From contig CAJULM010000014.1 in assembly GCA_910587285.1 (NCBI GenBank), positions 2,053-66,052 of the forward strand: 64,000 nucleotides of DNA. The letters are read 5' to 3'. Below the pieces are notes generated by a model that saw only the letters and a program-made list of their open reading frames with translations, was not told the DNA's origin and made no database searches. Both the position numbers and the translations under genes were made by a program. This document shows, piece after piece, positions 9,001 to 16,645 of the stretch. Source of the DNA: an uncultured Oscillospiraceae bacterium (lineage in GTDB: Bacteria; Bacillota; Clostridia; Oscillospirales; Oscillospiraceae). Positions within the stretch are counted from its first letter, which is position 1. Each line of letters opens with the position of its first letter.

Positions 9001-10038
9001 GTAAGTAAGATTCCGCCCGCCGACCGGAACTATACGCCGGAGCATATGGCTGACGCCCTGCGGAGTAACTATCAGAGGTCGAACAACAGCCTGTTAAGCT
9101 ATCATCCTGAGATCAAACTGGTCTTTGATGCGCCAAATCAGCCCGCACACCTCCGGCAGCGCCTGTGTATCCTGTTGAAAAAGGGTGGGAAGGAACTCTC
9201 CCTCTATGACTTTATCCAGTCTCTCCAGACCGACATTGACTCCACCGGAAGCATTTTGGAGGATCGGGACAGGGAGCTGTTTGAAAATATCCTGACTGAG
9301 ACCATCAGCCACAAGCTGCGGGCCCGCATCGAGGAGAGCGGCCAGTGGGTCCGGGACATGACCGCCTTGATGTCTGGCTTGACCACCTCCATGGGGCTGA
9401 CCTTCAGTCTGGATTGGAAGGAGAAAAAGTCAGAAGGGGAGGGAGAACTGGACACCGCCCACCTGGTCACTCTGCTGAACAAGGACCGGGCTCTGCTTAC
9501 GCCGGAGGACAGTCAGAAGGTCTCATCCCATTTCCGAAACAAGGTCAAGCGGGCCCGGGAGGAGGCCCATACCCAAGGAATGTCGGTCAATTACGCCGAT
9601 CTGATCCGTTCGGTGCTGGACTACCGGGGCTGGTATGAGTTTCACCTGTTCTCCCAGCGGGGGGAAGATGCGAAAAAGGAGCTCACTGACCGGGCCTTCA
9701 ATAAGTTCAGCGGAGGCGAAAAGGCCATGGCCATGTATGTGCCCCTGTTTGCCGCCGTCTCCGCCCAGTATCACAAGGGCGGGGAGGCCTGCCCCCAGCT
9801 GCTGGCCCTGGACGAGGCCTTCGCCGGTGTGGATGACCAGAACATCAGCGCCATGTTTGAACTGATGAGAACTCTGGATTTTGACTACATCATCAACTCC
9901 CAGGCCCTGTGGGGCTGTTACGGCTGCGTGCCGGACTTGGACATCGCCGAGATGCACCACCCGCCCAACGCCCCGGTGGTGACCATCCTACGCTACCACT
10001 GGAACGGGACCCAGCGGACACTGGAGGACAGCCTATGA
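5992..10038 (+). CDS. jetC: Wadjet JetC SMC-family ATPase (TIGR02680-like)
   Basis: Walker A GNNAAGKS, long coiled coils, signature FSGGEK, Walker B LLALDEAF. Confidence 0.92.
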   Translation: MSRWKMNKLGFLNFWLYDQEEFPIHDGHILLRGNNAAGKSITTQSFVPFILDGDKRPERLDPFGSRDRKMEFYLLGDNEREESTGYLYLEFRKPDAEEYRTIGVGMRAQQGKREIDFWGFCLRDGRRIGPGGLHLFEQMGGQNLPLSKRKLHQLIEDPSCWTESQTAYKEMVNKQIFGFEDIRQYDQLVQLLIMVRAPKLSKDFRPTEVKKLLNLSLQVLTDDDLSAMVSTMEQMDNLEDTLHGYQRAMQDARIIRNEYNRYNQYILGRKGQAYLEARSAVQRLRNQLRDAEGLRGNLERQLDEQSERKRQSGTRLEQARAQRTAMGDDDLSAKSAQLKQVLENCTRLAAQLEQGETRLQKLEDGISRREVNLRTLTRDCDDTRAAVRRLLRELNDQNELLRLGQEHDQYVRGLQAERLDTDQQALLAALRQRSRQISEVLRALQKSEEARTVYDSACQASDQAAAAVREAQIVLRDAKTQEHEERDKLLESFTRWRDQNTQLEITQDLWLDIRRALVAYHIPADWSPVRNQVDECVRIRESNLRVQLLQAENILKILREEQKEKERELEQLKARPEPIPPRRDSIQAARLQLMLRDIPCAPLYELVDFAPDLSQDERDLLEAQLTDTGLLDALVVPEEQLPAVRELLEEYPDRFLIPGPAVEQPIRGLIPDAKGHFPRETAACLRGISQADLSAETALLPDGRFRYGMIQGRSHAEAPAGFVGAAAREANRQRQIFELEERLEQLSVRVQSAQTEVLDCTGQLEQLEQERSRMPSAEELDQALVLLDQARRDLRQAEEEQQKKLAAEQAAKQAWSALEEKTVSLSAGLSYERTVPDYEEAQEAAVGYRDTLNDLEHSRQRLDYAVRATEDEQNTIDEQRDQAADQKKANDAVQRSLQVGRSSAEELQAYLDRPENQARVRRLAELDQEIDHQDQENRSAEKECVRLETELENSAETIARRKENLLNATIDEQDTEGYFLEDLKLGFFGLDETLDLEERAQQAVSKIPPADRNYTPEHMADALRSNYQRSNNSLLSYHPEIKLVFDAPNQPAHLRQRLCILLKKGGKELSLYDFIQSLQTDIDSTGSILEDRDRELFENILTETISHKLRARIEESGQWVRDMTALMSGLTTSMGLTFSLDWKEKKSEGEGELDTAHLVTLLNKDRALLTPEDSQKVSSHFRNKVKRAREEAHTQGMSVNYADLIRSVLDYRGWYEFHLFSQRGEDAKKELTDRAFNKFSGGEKAMAMYVPLFAAVSAQYHKGGEACPQLLALDEAFAGVDDQNISAMFELMRTLDFDYIINSQALWGCYGCVPDLDIAEMHHPPNAPVVTILRYHWNGTQRTLEDSL

Positions 10039-11318
10039 GCGGACAGGCCAGGGCCTGCGCGGCCTATTTGAAGGATCACCCCGGGTACAAACGTATCATG
10101 CAGGAATTGCTGAAAAAATATCGCAGCTACGGTCGGCCAGCGGGAATCGTCCGGCTGGACGACGCCACCCAGGAGGAGTGCGCCGCCGCCCGGGGGGTCT
10201 TTGGCCGTTCCTTCTCCCCACCGCTGCGGTTTCAGACGGCACAGTTTGAGGCGGCCCTTCAGGAGCTCCGTTTTGGGAAAGTCTCTCTAAAAGAGGTTTT
10301 GGAATCCTACTTTGATACGGAGATCAGAACAAAAAATGAGTTGCGGAAAACAAAAAACAGCCGTTTTTCCTCCATACTGGCTCAGATATTGGAACAGACA
10401 GACAATGACACCTGTATCCGTTGGCTCCATACACTGGAGCAACCCCAGAGCGGCGGGTACCAGCTGCTCCGCCGGGAGGCCGCTAAAGACCCGGAGAAGA
10501 CACGGCGCGGCCTGCTGCAGTCCTGCCGGAGTTTGGACTGGCTGGAGCGGCACACGCAGAGCGCAGTCCGACTGGCCGTTCTCAGCGCCCAGGCTACCTC
10601 TGATCCCCACGCTCTGGACAGCGGAACGTTGGTCGGAAAGCTGTTTTTATACCTTCTGTCCTTTTGTTCCGGCCTGGAGTTTCCGGAAAACGCGGAGCAG
10701 CGAGACGTCCTGTACTATGAAAACGGTATCTTGTGCGACAGCATTTCCAGCCTTGTCTCTCAGGTGGGGCTTGTCCTTTACACAGGAAAAGATGAGAGCC
10801 CCGCTTATCGGCTGTTTCGGAAAAGTCACGAGATATGTACCTTGTCCCTCGCCAATCTCTCTAGGCTGACCGGCGCACGCAGTCCTTCCGGACGGGTCTA
10901 TATCGTGGAAAATGAAATGGTGTTCACCCAGCTCTGCGACCGCTCCGCCCAGTTCCACTCTCCGCTGATCTGCACCTCTGGCCAGCCCTCGGTGGCGGCG
11001 CTGCGGCTGCTGGATCTGCTGGCGGCGGAAGGAACAGAATTATTCTATTCCGGGGATTTCGATGGCAAAGGCCTGTCCATCGCGGCACAGCTGTGTGGCC
11101 GATATCCAGAGCTGCTCAGGCTGTGGCATATGGTGCCCGGTGACTATGCCTTGTGCCGCTCTGACGTGCCGCTGAGCGAGCCCAGCCGCTCATTGCTGCA
11201 GGGCTGCGCTGGAACGGCCCTGGAAGCCTCTGCGGAGGCCGTTAAACAATGCGACCGCGCCGGATATCAGGAGCTGTTGATTCCATTGCTGGAAACGGAT
11301 CTGACCGAGACATTGTAG
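10035..11318 (+). CDS. jetD: Wadjet JetD Toprim nuclease (TIGR02679/DUF3323-DUF2399-like)
   Basis: ATGA overlap with jetC; DPHALD, VYIVEN, LICTSGQP, YSGDFDGKG (Toprim E and DxD intact), YQE. Confidence 0.88.
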   Translation: MSGQARACAAYLKDHPGYKRIMQELLKKYRSYGRPAGIVRLDDATQEECAAARGVFGRSFSPPLRFQTAQFEAALQELRFGKVSLKEVLESYFDTEIRTKNELRKTKNSRFSSILAQILEQTDNDTCIRWLHTLEQPQSGGYQLLRREAAKDPEKTRRGLLQSCRSLDWLERHTQSAVRLAVLSAQATSDPHALDSGTLVGKLFLYLLSFCSGLEFPENAEQRDVLYYENGILCDSISSLVSQVGLVLYTGKDESPAYRLFRKSHEICTLSLANLSRLTGARSPSGRVYIVENEMVFTQLCDRSAQFHSPLICTSGQPSVAALRLLDLLAAEGTELFYSGDFDGKGLSIAAQLCGRYPELLRLWHMVPGDYALCRSDVPLSEPSRSLLQGCAGTALEASAEAVKQCDRAGYQELLIPLLETDLTETL

Positions 11319-11566
11319 CTTTGGAACAGCTCTATTGTTTGCTCCGTTTTGGTTGTGTTCCCCAACAGCTCAAATGTGGGGACGAGCAGCAGATCAATAT
11401 CGTTTCGAATCGCAGCAGATATGGCCGGTATTAAACCGCTCTGAGGAAATGCGGAACCAATTTCCGCACAAACCGAGGTGCCTGTCACAGTATCCTCGGA
11501 GCTGATATTTTCCTCTATCATATTTCGAATCCGCTCTGGACTGTCCCCATAAACCCATATTCGCAT
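11267..11566 (-). CDS. 99-aa degenerate resolvase-N-domain-like protein
   Basis: RBS GAGGAGGT; MRIWVY...SGLIPAISAAIRNDIDLLLV...L...TIELFQSYNVSV resembles the serine-recombinase catalytic fold but lacks the YxRxS serine motif. Confidence 0.5.
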   Translation of the reverse strand: MRIWVYGDSPERIRNMIEENISSEDTVTGTSVCAEIGSAFPQSGLIPAISAAIRNDIDLLLVPTFELLGNTTKTEQTIELFQSYNVSVRSVSSNGINSS

Positions 11567-11592
11567 AGGGATACCTCCTCGCAAAGTTTATA

Positions 11593-11643
11593 AAAATAAC
11601 TATGACGAAAGCAGCAAAAACATGCTTTCGTCATAGTTATTTT
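11593..11643. repeat. Perfect 21-bp inverted repeat with 9-nt spacer
   Basis: AAAATAACTATGACGAAAGCA-gcaaaaaca-TGCTTTCGTCATAGTTATTTT. Confidence 0.9.
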
Positions 11644-11738
11644 GTACGAATTTCTATATTTTAAACTGAGCTTAACAGCTGGAGCATAAAAACAAATACC
11701 CCCTAACCGCATAGAATGGGCAAAGGAGGTATCTGCCT

Positions 11739-12639
11739 ATGGAATGCAAAAAGTGTACATGTAACATGGCCGACTTCAAAACGCCGCCCTCCTGCTTTCC
11801 GCCTCAGCACTAGAACCGCCAGCCTGGGCTGGAGTATGTGATGGAGCCCAGGCCGATGTCGGAGTGCGCACCTGTCTGCCGGAAGCTGGAGGGGCGCACC
11901 GCGCTAATCACCGGCGGGGACAGCGGCATCGGCCGGGCGGTGGCCTACGCCTTCGCCAAGGAGGGGGCGAATGTGGCTATCGCCTACTACGGCGAGGAGA
12001 CCGACGCAACGGAGACGGAGGCACGGGTCACGGAGCTGGGTGCCCAATGCCTGCTGCTCCGCGGGGACCTGAAGGACCCCGGCGCGGCAAAACGCTGCGT
12101 GGCACAGACCATTCAGCGGTTCGGTGGGCTGGGACATCCTGGGCAACAACCACGCCGTGCAGTACATCAAGCGGAGCATTCTCGACATCACGTCGGGCCA
12201 GCTCTCCTGTGTCTTTCAGACCAACGTATTTTCCTATTTCTACCTGATCCAGACCGCCCTCCCCCACATGGGACGGGGCGGGAGCATCATCAACACAACC
12301 TCGGTCACGGCCTACGAGGGGAACAAAGACCTGATCGACTATAGCGCCACCAAGGGAGCCGTCGTGGCCCTGACTAGATCCCTCTCCCTGTCCCTGGCCG
12401 AGCAGGGCATCCGGGTTAACGCGGTGGCACCGGGTTCCATCTGGACGCCGCTGATCCCCGCGTCCTACTCCGCCCAAGAGGTGCGGACCTTTGGCTCCGG
12501 AACCTCCAAGGCGCCCATGCTCCGGGTGGGACAGCCCTGCGAGGTGGCGCCCTGCTATGTGTTCCTGGCCGCTAACGACGCCAGCTATATGATCGGGCAG
12601 GTGTTACATCCCAACGGAGGGACCATCGTCGGATCGTAG
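11739..12639 (+). pseudogene. SDR oxidoreductase (YhxC/YdaD-like) pseudogene
   Basis: RBS AAGGAGGT, ATG 11739; FPPQH*NRQPGLE with TAG at 11811; TGGDSGIG; +1 frameshift near 12131 (expected GLDIL); YSATK. Confidence 0.85.
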
Positions 12640-13953
12640 CAGACGCAGCAGAACCTCCCGTTCATTTGGAACCTCCCCGCCGGCCACCCGCTCCAGCAGC
12701 TTGTTCAGTGTCTGTCCCACGTCCGGCCCCGGGGCGGTACCGGCGGCGATCACATCCCGGCCGTTGACAGCCAGGCCTTTCAGAGAGAAGCACTGCCCCT
12801 GGGCGATGATCTCCTCCGCTTTCGTCTTCGTCTTCTCCAGCTGGGTCAGCCTGTTTTTGACCAGTTCATAACTATGTCCCATACCGTCCGCCCGCTTGAC
12901 CTCTAAGAGCTGAAAAAATGTCTCTGGGCCCAAACGGCCCAGCCATTTTCGGATGGAGCGGTCCCGGCACGGAATCTGGATGTCGTGGTGCTCCACCAGA
13001 GTGACCACTCGTTCCCGGGTCCTGTTGTCGAATTTCAGTTTCCGGAGCATTTTGCCGGCCAGTTTGGCGCTGACGGCGGGGTGGCCGTAGAAGTGGTCAA
13101 TCCCCTTCTCGTCGGTGGATTTGCAAGCGGGCTTACCGATGTCATGAAGAAGTATGGCCAGCCGCAAAATCAACTCAGGCGAGGCTGCTTCCACAGTATG
13201 GATGGTGTGCTCCCAGCCGCCCCAGCAGTGCCAGGGATTGTTCTGCTCCAGAGTGACCAGCGGCCCCAGCTCCGGCCAGAATTGGCACAGCACATCGGAG
13301 TACTGGCGCAGAATGTCACCAGCTTTCTCACCTGCTAGGAGCTTGCACAACTCCGCATTGATCCGCTCCGCCGCCACGTGCTGAAGTATGTGGCGGTTTT
13401 GGTGGATGGCTCGGGCGGTTTTTTCTTCGATCTCATAGCCGAACACTGCCCCGAATCGCAGAGCCCGCATCACCCGCAGGCCATCTTCCCGGAAACGGTG
13501 GGCGGGCTCCCCCACGCAACGAATCAGTCCAGCTTTGATATCTTCAGCGCCGCCGAAAGGATCCCGCAGTTCTCCTTCCAGGTTCATGGCAATGGCGTTC
13601 ATGGTAAAATCCCGGCGGGTCAGGTCGGCCTCCAGGCTGGAGACAAACTTTACAAAGTCCGGGCGGCGGCTGTCGGAGTAGGGGCCCTCGGTGCGGTAGG
13701 TGGTAATCTCGTAGGGCTCGCCGTCCCCCAATACGGTGATGGTGCCGTGCTTCAGGCCGGTCTCAATGATCCGCTGGCCGGCAAAGCAGGCCTCCGTCTC
13801 CTCCGGACGGGCGGAGGAGCAGATATCCCAGTCGTGGGGCTCCACTCCCCGGAGCAGGTCCCGCACACAGCCGCCCACCAAATAGGCATCAAAGCCCGCG
13901 CCATTCAGTGTTTGGAGGATATGCCTTGCGCCGGAGGCAATATCAACCTTCAT
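12604..13953 (-). CDS. CCA-adding-type tRNA nucleotidyltransferase with HD domain
   Basis: VGGCVRD, DWD, RRDFTMNA, EDGLR, HDIGKP. Confidence 0.9.
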   Translation of the reverse strand: MKVDIASGARHILQTLNGAGFDAYLVGGCVRDLLRGVEPHDWDICSSARPEETEACFAGQRIIETGLKHGTITVLGDGEPYEITTYRTEGPYSDSRRPDFVKFVSSLEADLTRRDFTMNAIAMNLEGELRDPFGGAEDIKAGLIRCVGEPAHRFREDGLRVMRALRFGAVFGYEIEEKTARAIHQNRHILQHVAAERINAELCKLLAGEKAGDILRQYSDVLCQFWPELGPLVTLEQNNPWHCWGGWEHTIHTVEAASPELILRLAILLHDIGKPACKSTDEKGIDHFYGHPAVSAKLAGKMLRKLKFDNRTRERVVTLVEHHDIQIPCRDRSIRKWLGRLGPETFFQLLEVKRADGMGHSYELVKNRLTQLEKTKTKAEEIIAQGQCFSLKGLAVNGRDVIAAGTAPGPDVGQTLNKLLERVAGGEVPNEREVLLRLLRSDDGPSVGM

Positions 13954-13975
13954 CCCAGATCACCGCCCCAATGCT

Positions 13976-14460
13976 TTAGTAATAGAAGCCCTCCCGCCGG
14001 AGCAGCTTCGCGAACTCATACATGGCCTCTCCACCTGTGTCCAACAAAAGCCAATCTTCCGTTCCTCGCTGCGGGAAATACCTTCTTTCAGTTCGGCGAT
14101 GGTCATGCCATTCCGGTAAAAGGTGTCCAAATAGTTCTCAACGCCAAAGGCCTCGAAAGACTAGCCCTTCAGCTTTTCAAAGGAGTAGTCCAGCGTGTCG
14201 TTCCGTTTTTTCTTTGTGGTGACAGAGATGCCATCCGGACTGATTTCCACATCGCAGTAGCCCTTTACCGAAATCACCGGGATGGGGTAATAGTCCATCT
14301 GCCAGTTGCCGTCCGGGGCCTGGTGCTCGTGGCCGTTGTAGAAACCGGTACTCAGCTCAAAGACGCGATGGTACAGCCCGTGAAACAGTTGCGCCTGCTT
14401 TGTGGACAGGGCAAAATATATTTCGTTCATGCGCTGCCTTTCCTGCTCGGTGATTTCCAT
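13976..14460 (-). pseudogene. DUF3201-like protein pseudogene
   Basis: GFYNGH...YYPIPVISVKG; TAG at 14161-14163; coding continues SFEAFGVENYL and, after a frameshift, MYEFAKLLRREGFYY*. Confidence 0.65.
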
Positions 14461-14561
14461 GGTAGCTACCTCTCTGCTTGACGTATCAATGAGATGTCTT
14501 ATACAGGAATTTTACTCACCAGCAAAGGATGCGTCAAGAAGAATTACACATCTAAGGCTTC

Positions 14562-14957
14562 TTATTTGGTGGCTATTCTCCTTATGAAAGCGGGCAGTAT
14601 CTCTTTCAAACAGGTGCAATATTCTCTCAGCAGCTTTTCATCAATTGCGTGCTGGATGATCCCCAAAGGGGGGAAGCCATAATTACACTCAGACACAATA
14701 TAGATGTAGGCCATAGTAGAAAGGTATTCTTCCCTTCTTAAACCATCAAGAATGATGCGCAAATATTGGCTGCCCTCTCGCTCAGCGTCGGTTGAAAGGA
14801 GATCCATGCTTCTTTGAGCGTTCCATACTACCTTCGCATGATCCCATGTTCCGCTCTCCACATCAATACCTCCAGCAAGAAGGGAATCTATCAATGTTTC
14901 ACGCTGTTTTTCCAGAATTGCCTTTAAACCTAACTCCAGGATATTTGATTTCATCAT
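14562..14957 (-). CDS. Hypothetical protein (131 aa), AT-rich
   Basis: Open frame with GGGAGG RBS; no family recognised. Confidence 0.55.
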   Translation of the reverse strand: MMKSNILELGLKAILEKQRETLIDSLLAGGIDVESGTWDHAKVVWNAQRSMDLLSTDAEREGSQYLRIILDGLRREEYLSTMAYIYIVSECNYGFPPLGIIQHAIDEKLLREYCTCLKEILPAFIRRIATK

Positions 14958-14992
14958 AAAGTGCCTGCCTCCCATTTATGTGTTTTTTATAG

Positions 14993-15032
14993 AAATACGT
15001 CACCCATCTCTTTTGAGATAAGTGACGTATTT
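14993..15032. repeat. Imperfect inverted repeat upstream of the 131-aa ORF
   Basis: AAATACGTCAC-cc-ATCTC-tttt-GAGAT-aa-GTGACGTATTT. Confidence 0.7.
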
Positions 15033-15206
15033 TCTGTAAAATATAAAAGGAATTCAAAAGAAAAACGGTGGCCGTGCCGCTAAACCCATCGTCAGCAAAG
15101 AAGCTGATTTGAACCAAGCGTTTTGTGCTTGCTCTCGCCATTTCCGTTCAGTTTTCAAATTTGAGCAGTTACGCCGTTTTTCAAGTAGTAAACAGCTTGT
15201 CCCCCA

Positions 15207-15245
15207 AAAGTGTCCTTCCGTCACCACCCCCCACGTAGTCGAGCC
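15207..15245. other. attR (crossover CA at 15232-15233)
   Basis: GTCAC-N7-CA-N7-GAGCC; inner arm AAAGTGTCCTTCCGTCACCACCCCC mirrors GGGGGTTGTGCCGTTAGTACATTTT at attL. Confidence 0.88.
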
Positions 15246-16035
15246 CAAATGCCCCGGCGTGGTGGAGCGTTACATAGACCTCAGCGGCTTTTATGACCGA
15301 ACCGGGCTCCAGCCTTTGAAAGAACAGATTTTGGATGCCACGGCAGAGTACCAGGGCCACTATAAACGGGTGTACCGCTGTCTGGGAGCCGCGGGAGAAC
15401 TGCGTAGGGATTTAAATGAGCTCTTGGCCGATGAATCAGTACGGCACAAGCTGGCTAAGCGGGCGGCAGGCATCATCAGCCGGGAGCTGAAAAAACCGGG
15501 CGGCAGCGGACAGGAATCCCAGCGCTTCCTCTCCGCCGTTACCCACCAGGGCCTCGTCACCCTCTGGGAAACGGTAGAAGCTCAGGCAAACCGGGTATAT
15601 GAGCTGGCCGACAGCTACGGCCTCGCTCACGACCTTCTCAACCCCATTCTCACCGCCGCTTTGGCCGCCGGGCATCGGGCCATCGTCTGCCCTGACCCCA
15701 TGGCTCCCGACCGGCTGGCCCACCTCATTTTCCCCGACCTGTCCCTGGCCTTTGTCACCTCCGCCGGCGAGGCCCCCTGGCCTCACCACGCATACCGCAG
15801 ACTGCGGCTGGACGCCATGGCGGATGCCGAGGCCTGCCGGGCCAACCGTCCCCGCCTGCGCTTTACCAGAAAGGTGGCCGCGGCCCTGGTTGACGAGGGG
15901 GTAACTGCCCTAACCCAAGCTAAACAGGCCCATGACCGGCTGGAGCAGCTTTATAATCCCCATGTGGACTTTGGCGGCGTGACCACCCTGGCCGATCAGC
16001 TGGCAGATCAAGTGCTGGCGCTGAACCGAATCTAA
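15232..16035 (+). CDS. 3' segment (267 aa) of the split PRK06851-like ATPase
   Basis: HVVEPKCPGVVERYIDL...RFLSAVT..G...HDRLEQLYNPHVDF; no own RBS or start; in frame with 877-1149 after excision. Confidence 0.9.
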   Translation, partial: HVVEPKCPGVVERYIDLSGFYDRTGLQPLKEQILDATAEYQGHYKRVYRCLGAAGELRRDLNELLADESVRHKLAKRAAGIISRELKKPGGSGQESQRFLSAVTHQGLVTLWETVEAQANRVYELADSYGLAHDLLNPILTAALAAGHRAIVCPDPMAPDRLAHLIFPDLSLAFVTSAGEAPWPHHAYRRLRLDAMADAEACRANRPRLRFTRKVAAALVDEGVTALTQAKQAHDRLEQLYNPHVDFGGVTTLADQLADQVLALNRI

Positions 16036-16041
16036 AAAGGA

Positions 16042-16073
16042 GCGGGACGCTTCAGCGGCGTCCCGCATATTTT
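16042..16073 (+). terminator. Intrinsic terminator after the ATPase
   Basis: GCGGGACGC...GCGTCCCGC then ATATTTTT. Confidence 0.65.
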
Positions 16074-16129
16074 TGCAGCCGGTCGGACAATTACGATCTT
16101 TGCAGCGCGATTTGCTGCCTTTCGGACAC

Positions 16130-16399
16130 CTACAACCAGTCGGACAGCACGTCGTTCAAAGTGACGGGCGTTACCCCATTGCGCAGCAGCAATTCACTGA
16201 GCTCGTCGATGCGGGCGGCGCTGCACGTCACATGGGGCACGGACGCCTCACAGCCGCCCTTTTCCACAATCTTGATTCCGTAGCTTTCGCAAGAATATGG
16301 CCCTACGTCCATTTCACCTACGAGAATGGAGTAGTCATAGCTGCGCTCCGCACCGGTCTCATCCGGGAGCTTCAGGGTTTGTAAGTACAGCTCTCGCAT
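16130..16399 (-). CDS. Small conserved clostridial protein (DUF6514-like)
   Basis: ESYGIKI...IDELSELLLRNGVTPVTLNDVLSDWL; RBS GAGGTG. Confidence 0.7.
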   Translation of the reverse strand: MRELYLQTLKLPDETGAERSYDYSILVGEMDVGPYSCESYGIKIVEKGGCEASVPHVTCSAARIDELSELLLRNGVTPVTLNDVLSDWL

Positions 16400-16583
16400 T
16401 GACTTCACCTCTCTTTCCTCTACATTATTACCAAGAAAACCGCCGGGTGCAAGCAAAAGAAATCGCAAATTTCGACATTTTTCAGCACTGGTACAAGATG
16501 TGGAACTATACGCTTAGTATTCAACACCAATCCTGGTTGGTCCACAGATTTTCGCCTAAAAATTATGTAAAAATGCACAAAAA

Positions 16584-16614
16584 GCCAAGGGCAGACTATT
16601 TGTCTGCCCTTGGC
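16584..16614 (-). terminator. Terminator of the crt-etfA operon
   Basis: GCCAAGGGCAGAC-tattt-GTCTGCCCTTGGC with an A-run on the + strand (U-tail on -). Confidence 0.75.
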
Positions 16615-16645
16615 CTATACAGATGGAAATATTTAGGCGTTCTAA

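Larger units (their letters stand above)
1150..15233. mobile_element. 14.1-kb gene-interrupting, skin-like integrated element (large serine recombinase, Wadjet cargo, no phage or conjugation genes seen)
   Basis: Removing 14,082 bp at the CA restores a 358-aa ORF in frame; recombinase abuts attL; the reconstituted attP is a 19/25 inverted repeat around CA. Confidence 0.92.

Noticed and set aside
15109..15231. ORF-track start of a stand-alone 308-aa protein
   Set aside because: The upstream part is element sequence including the attR arm; no RBS; it lacks the Walker A segment found at 877.
1150..15233. Prophage or ICE
   Set aside because: No structural, replication, relaxase or type IV secretion genes recognised inside the boundaries.
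16410..16460. SigmaF-like promoter for the DUF6514-like gene
   Set aside because: The -10 fits (GGTAATAATG) but -35 spacing is off and a sigmaA reading is equally possible.
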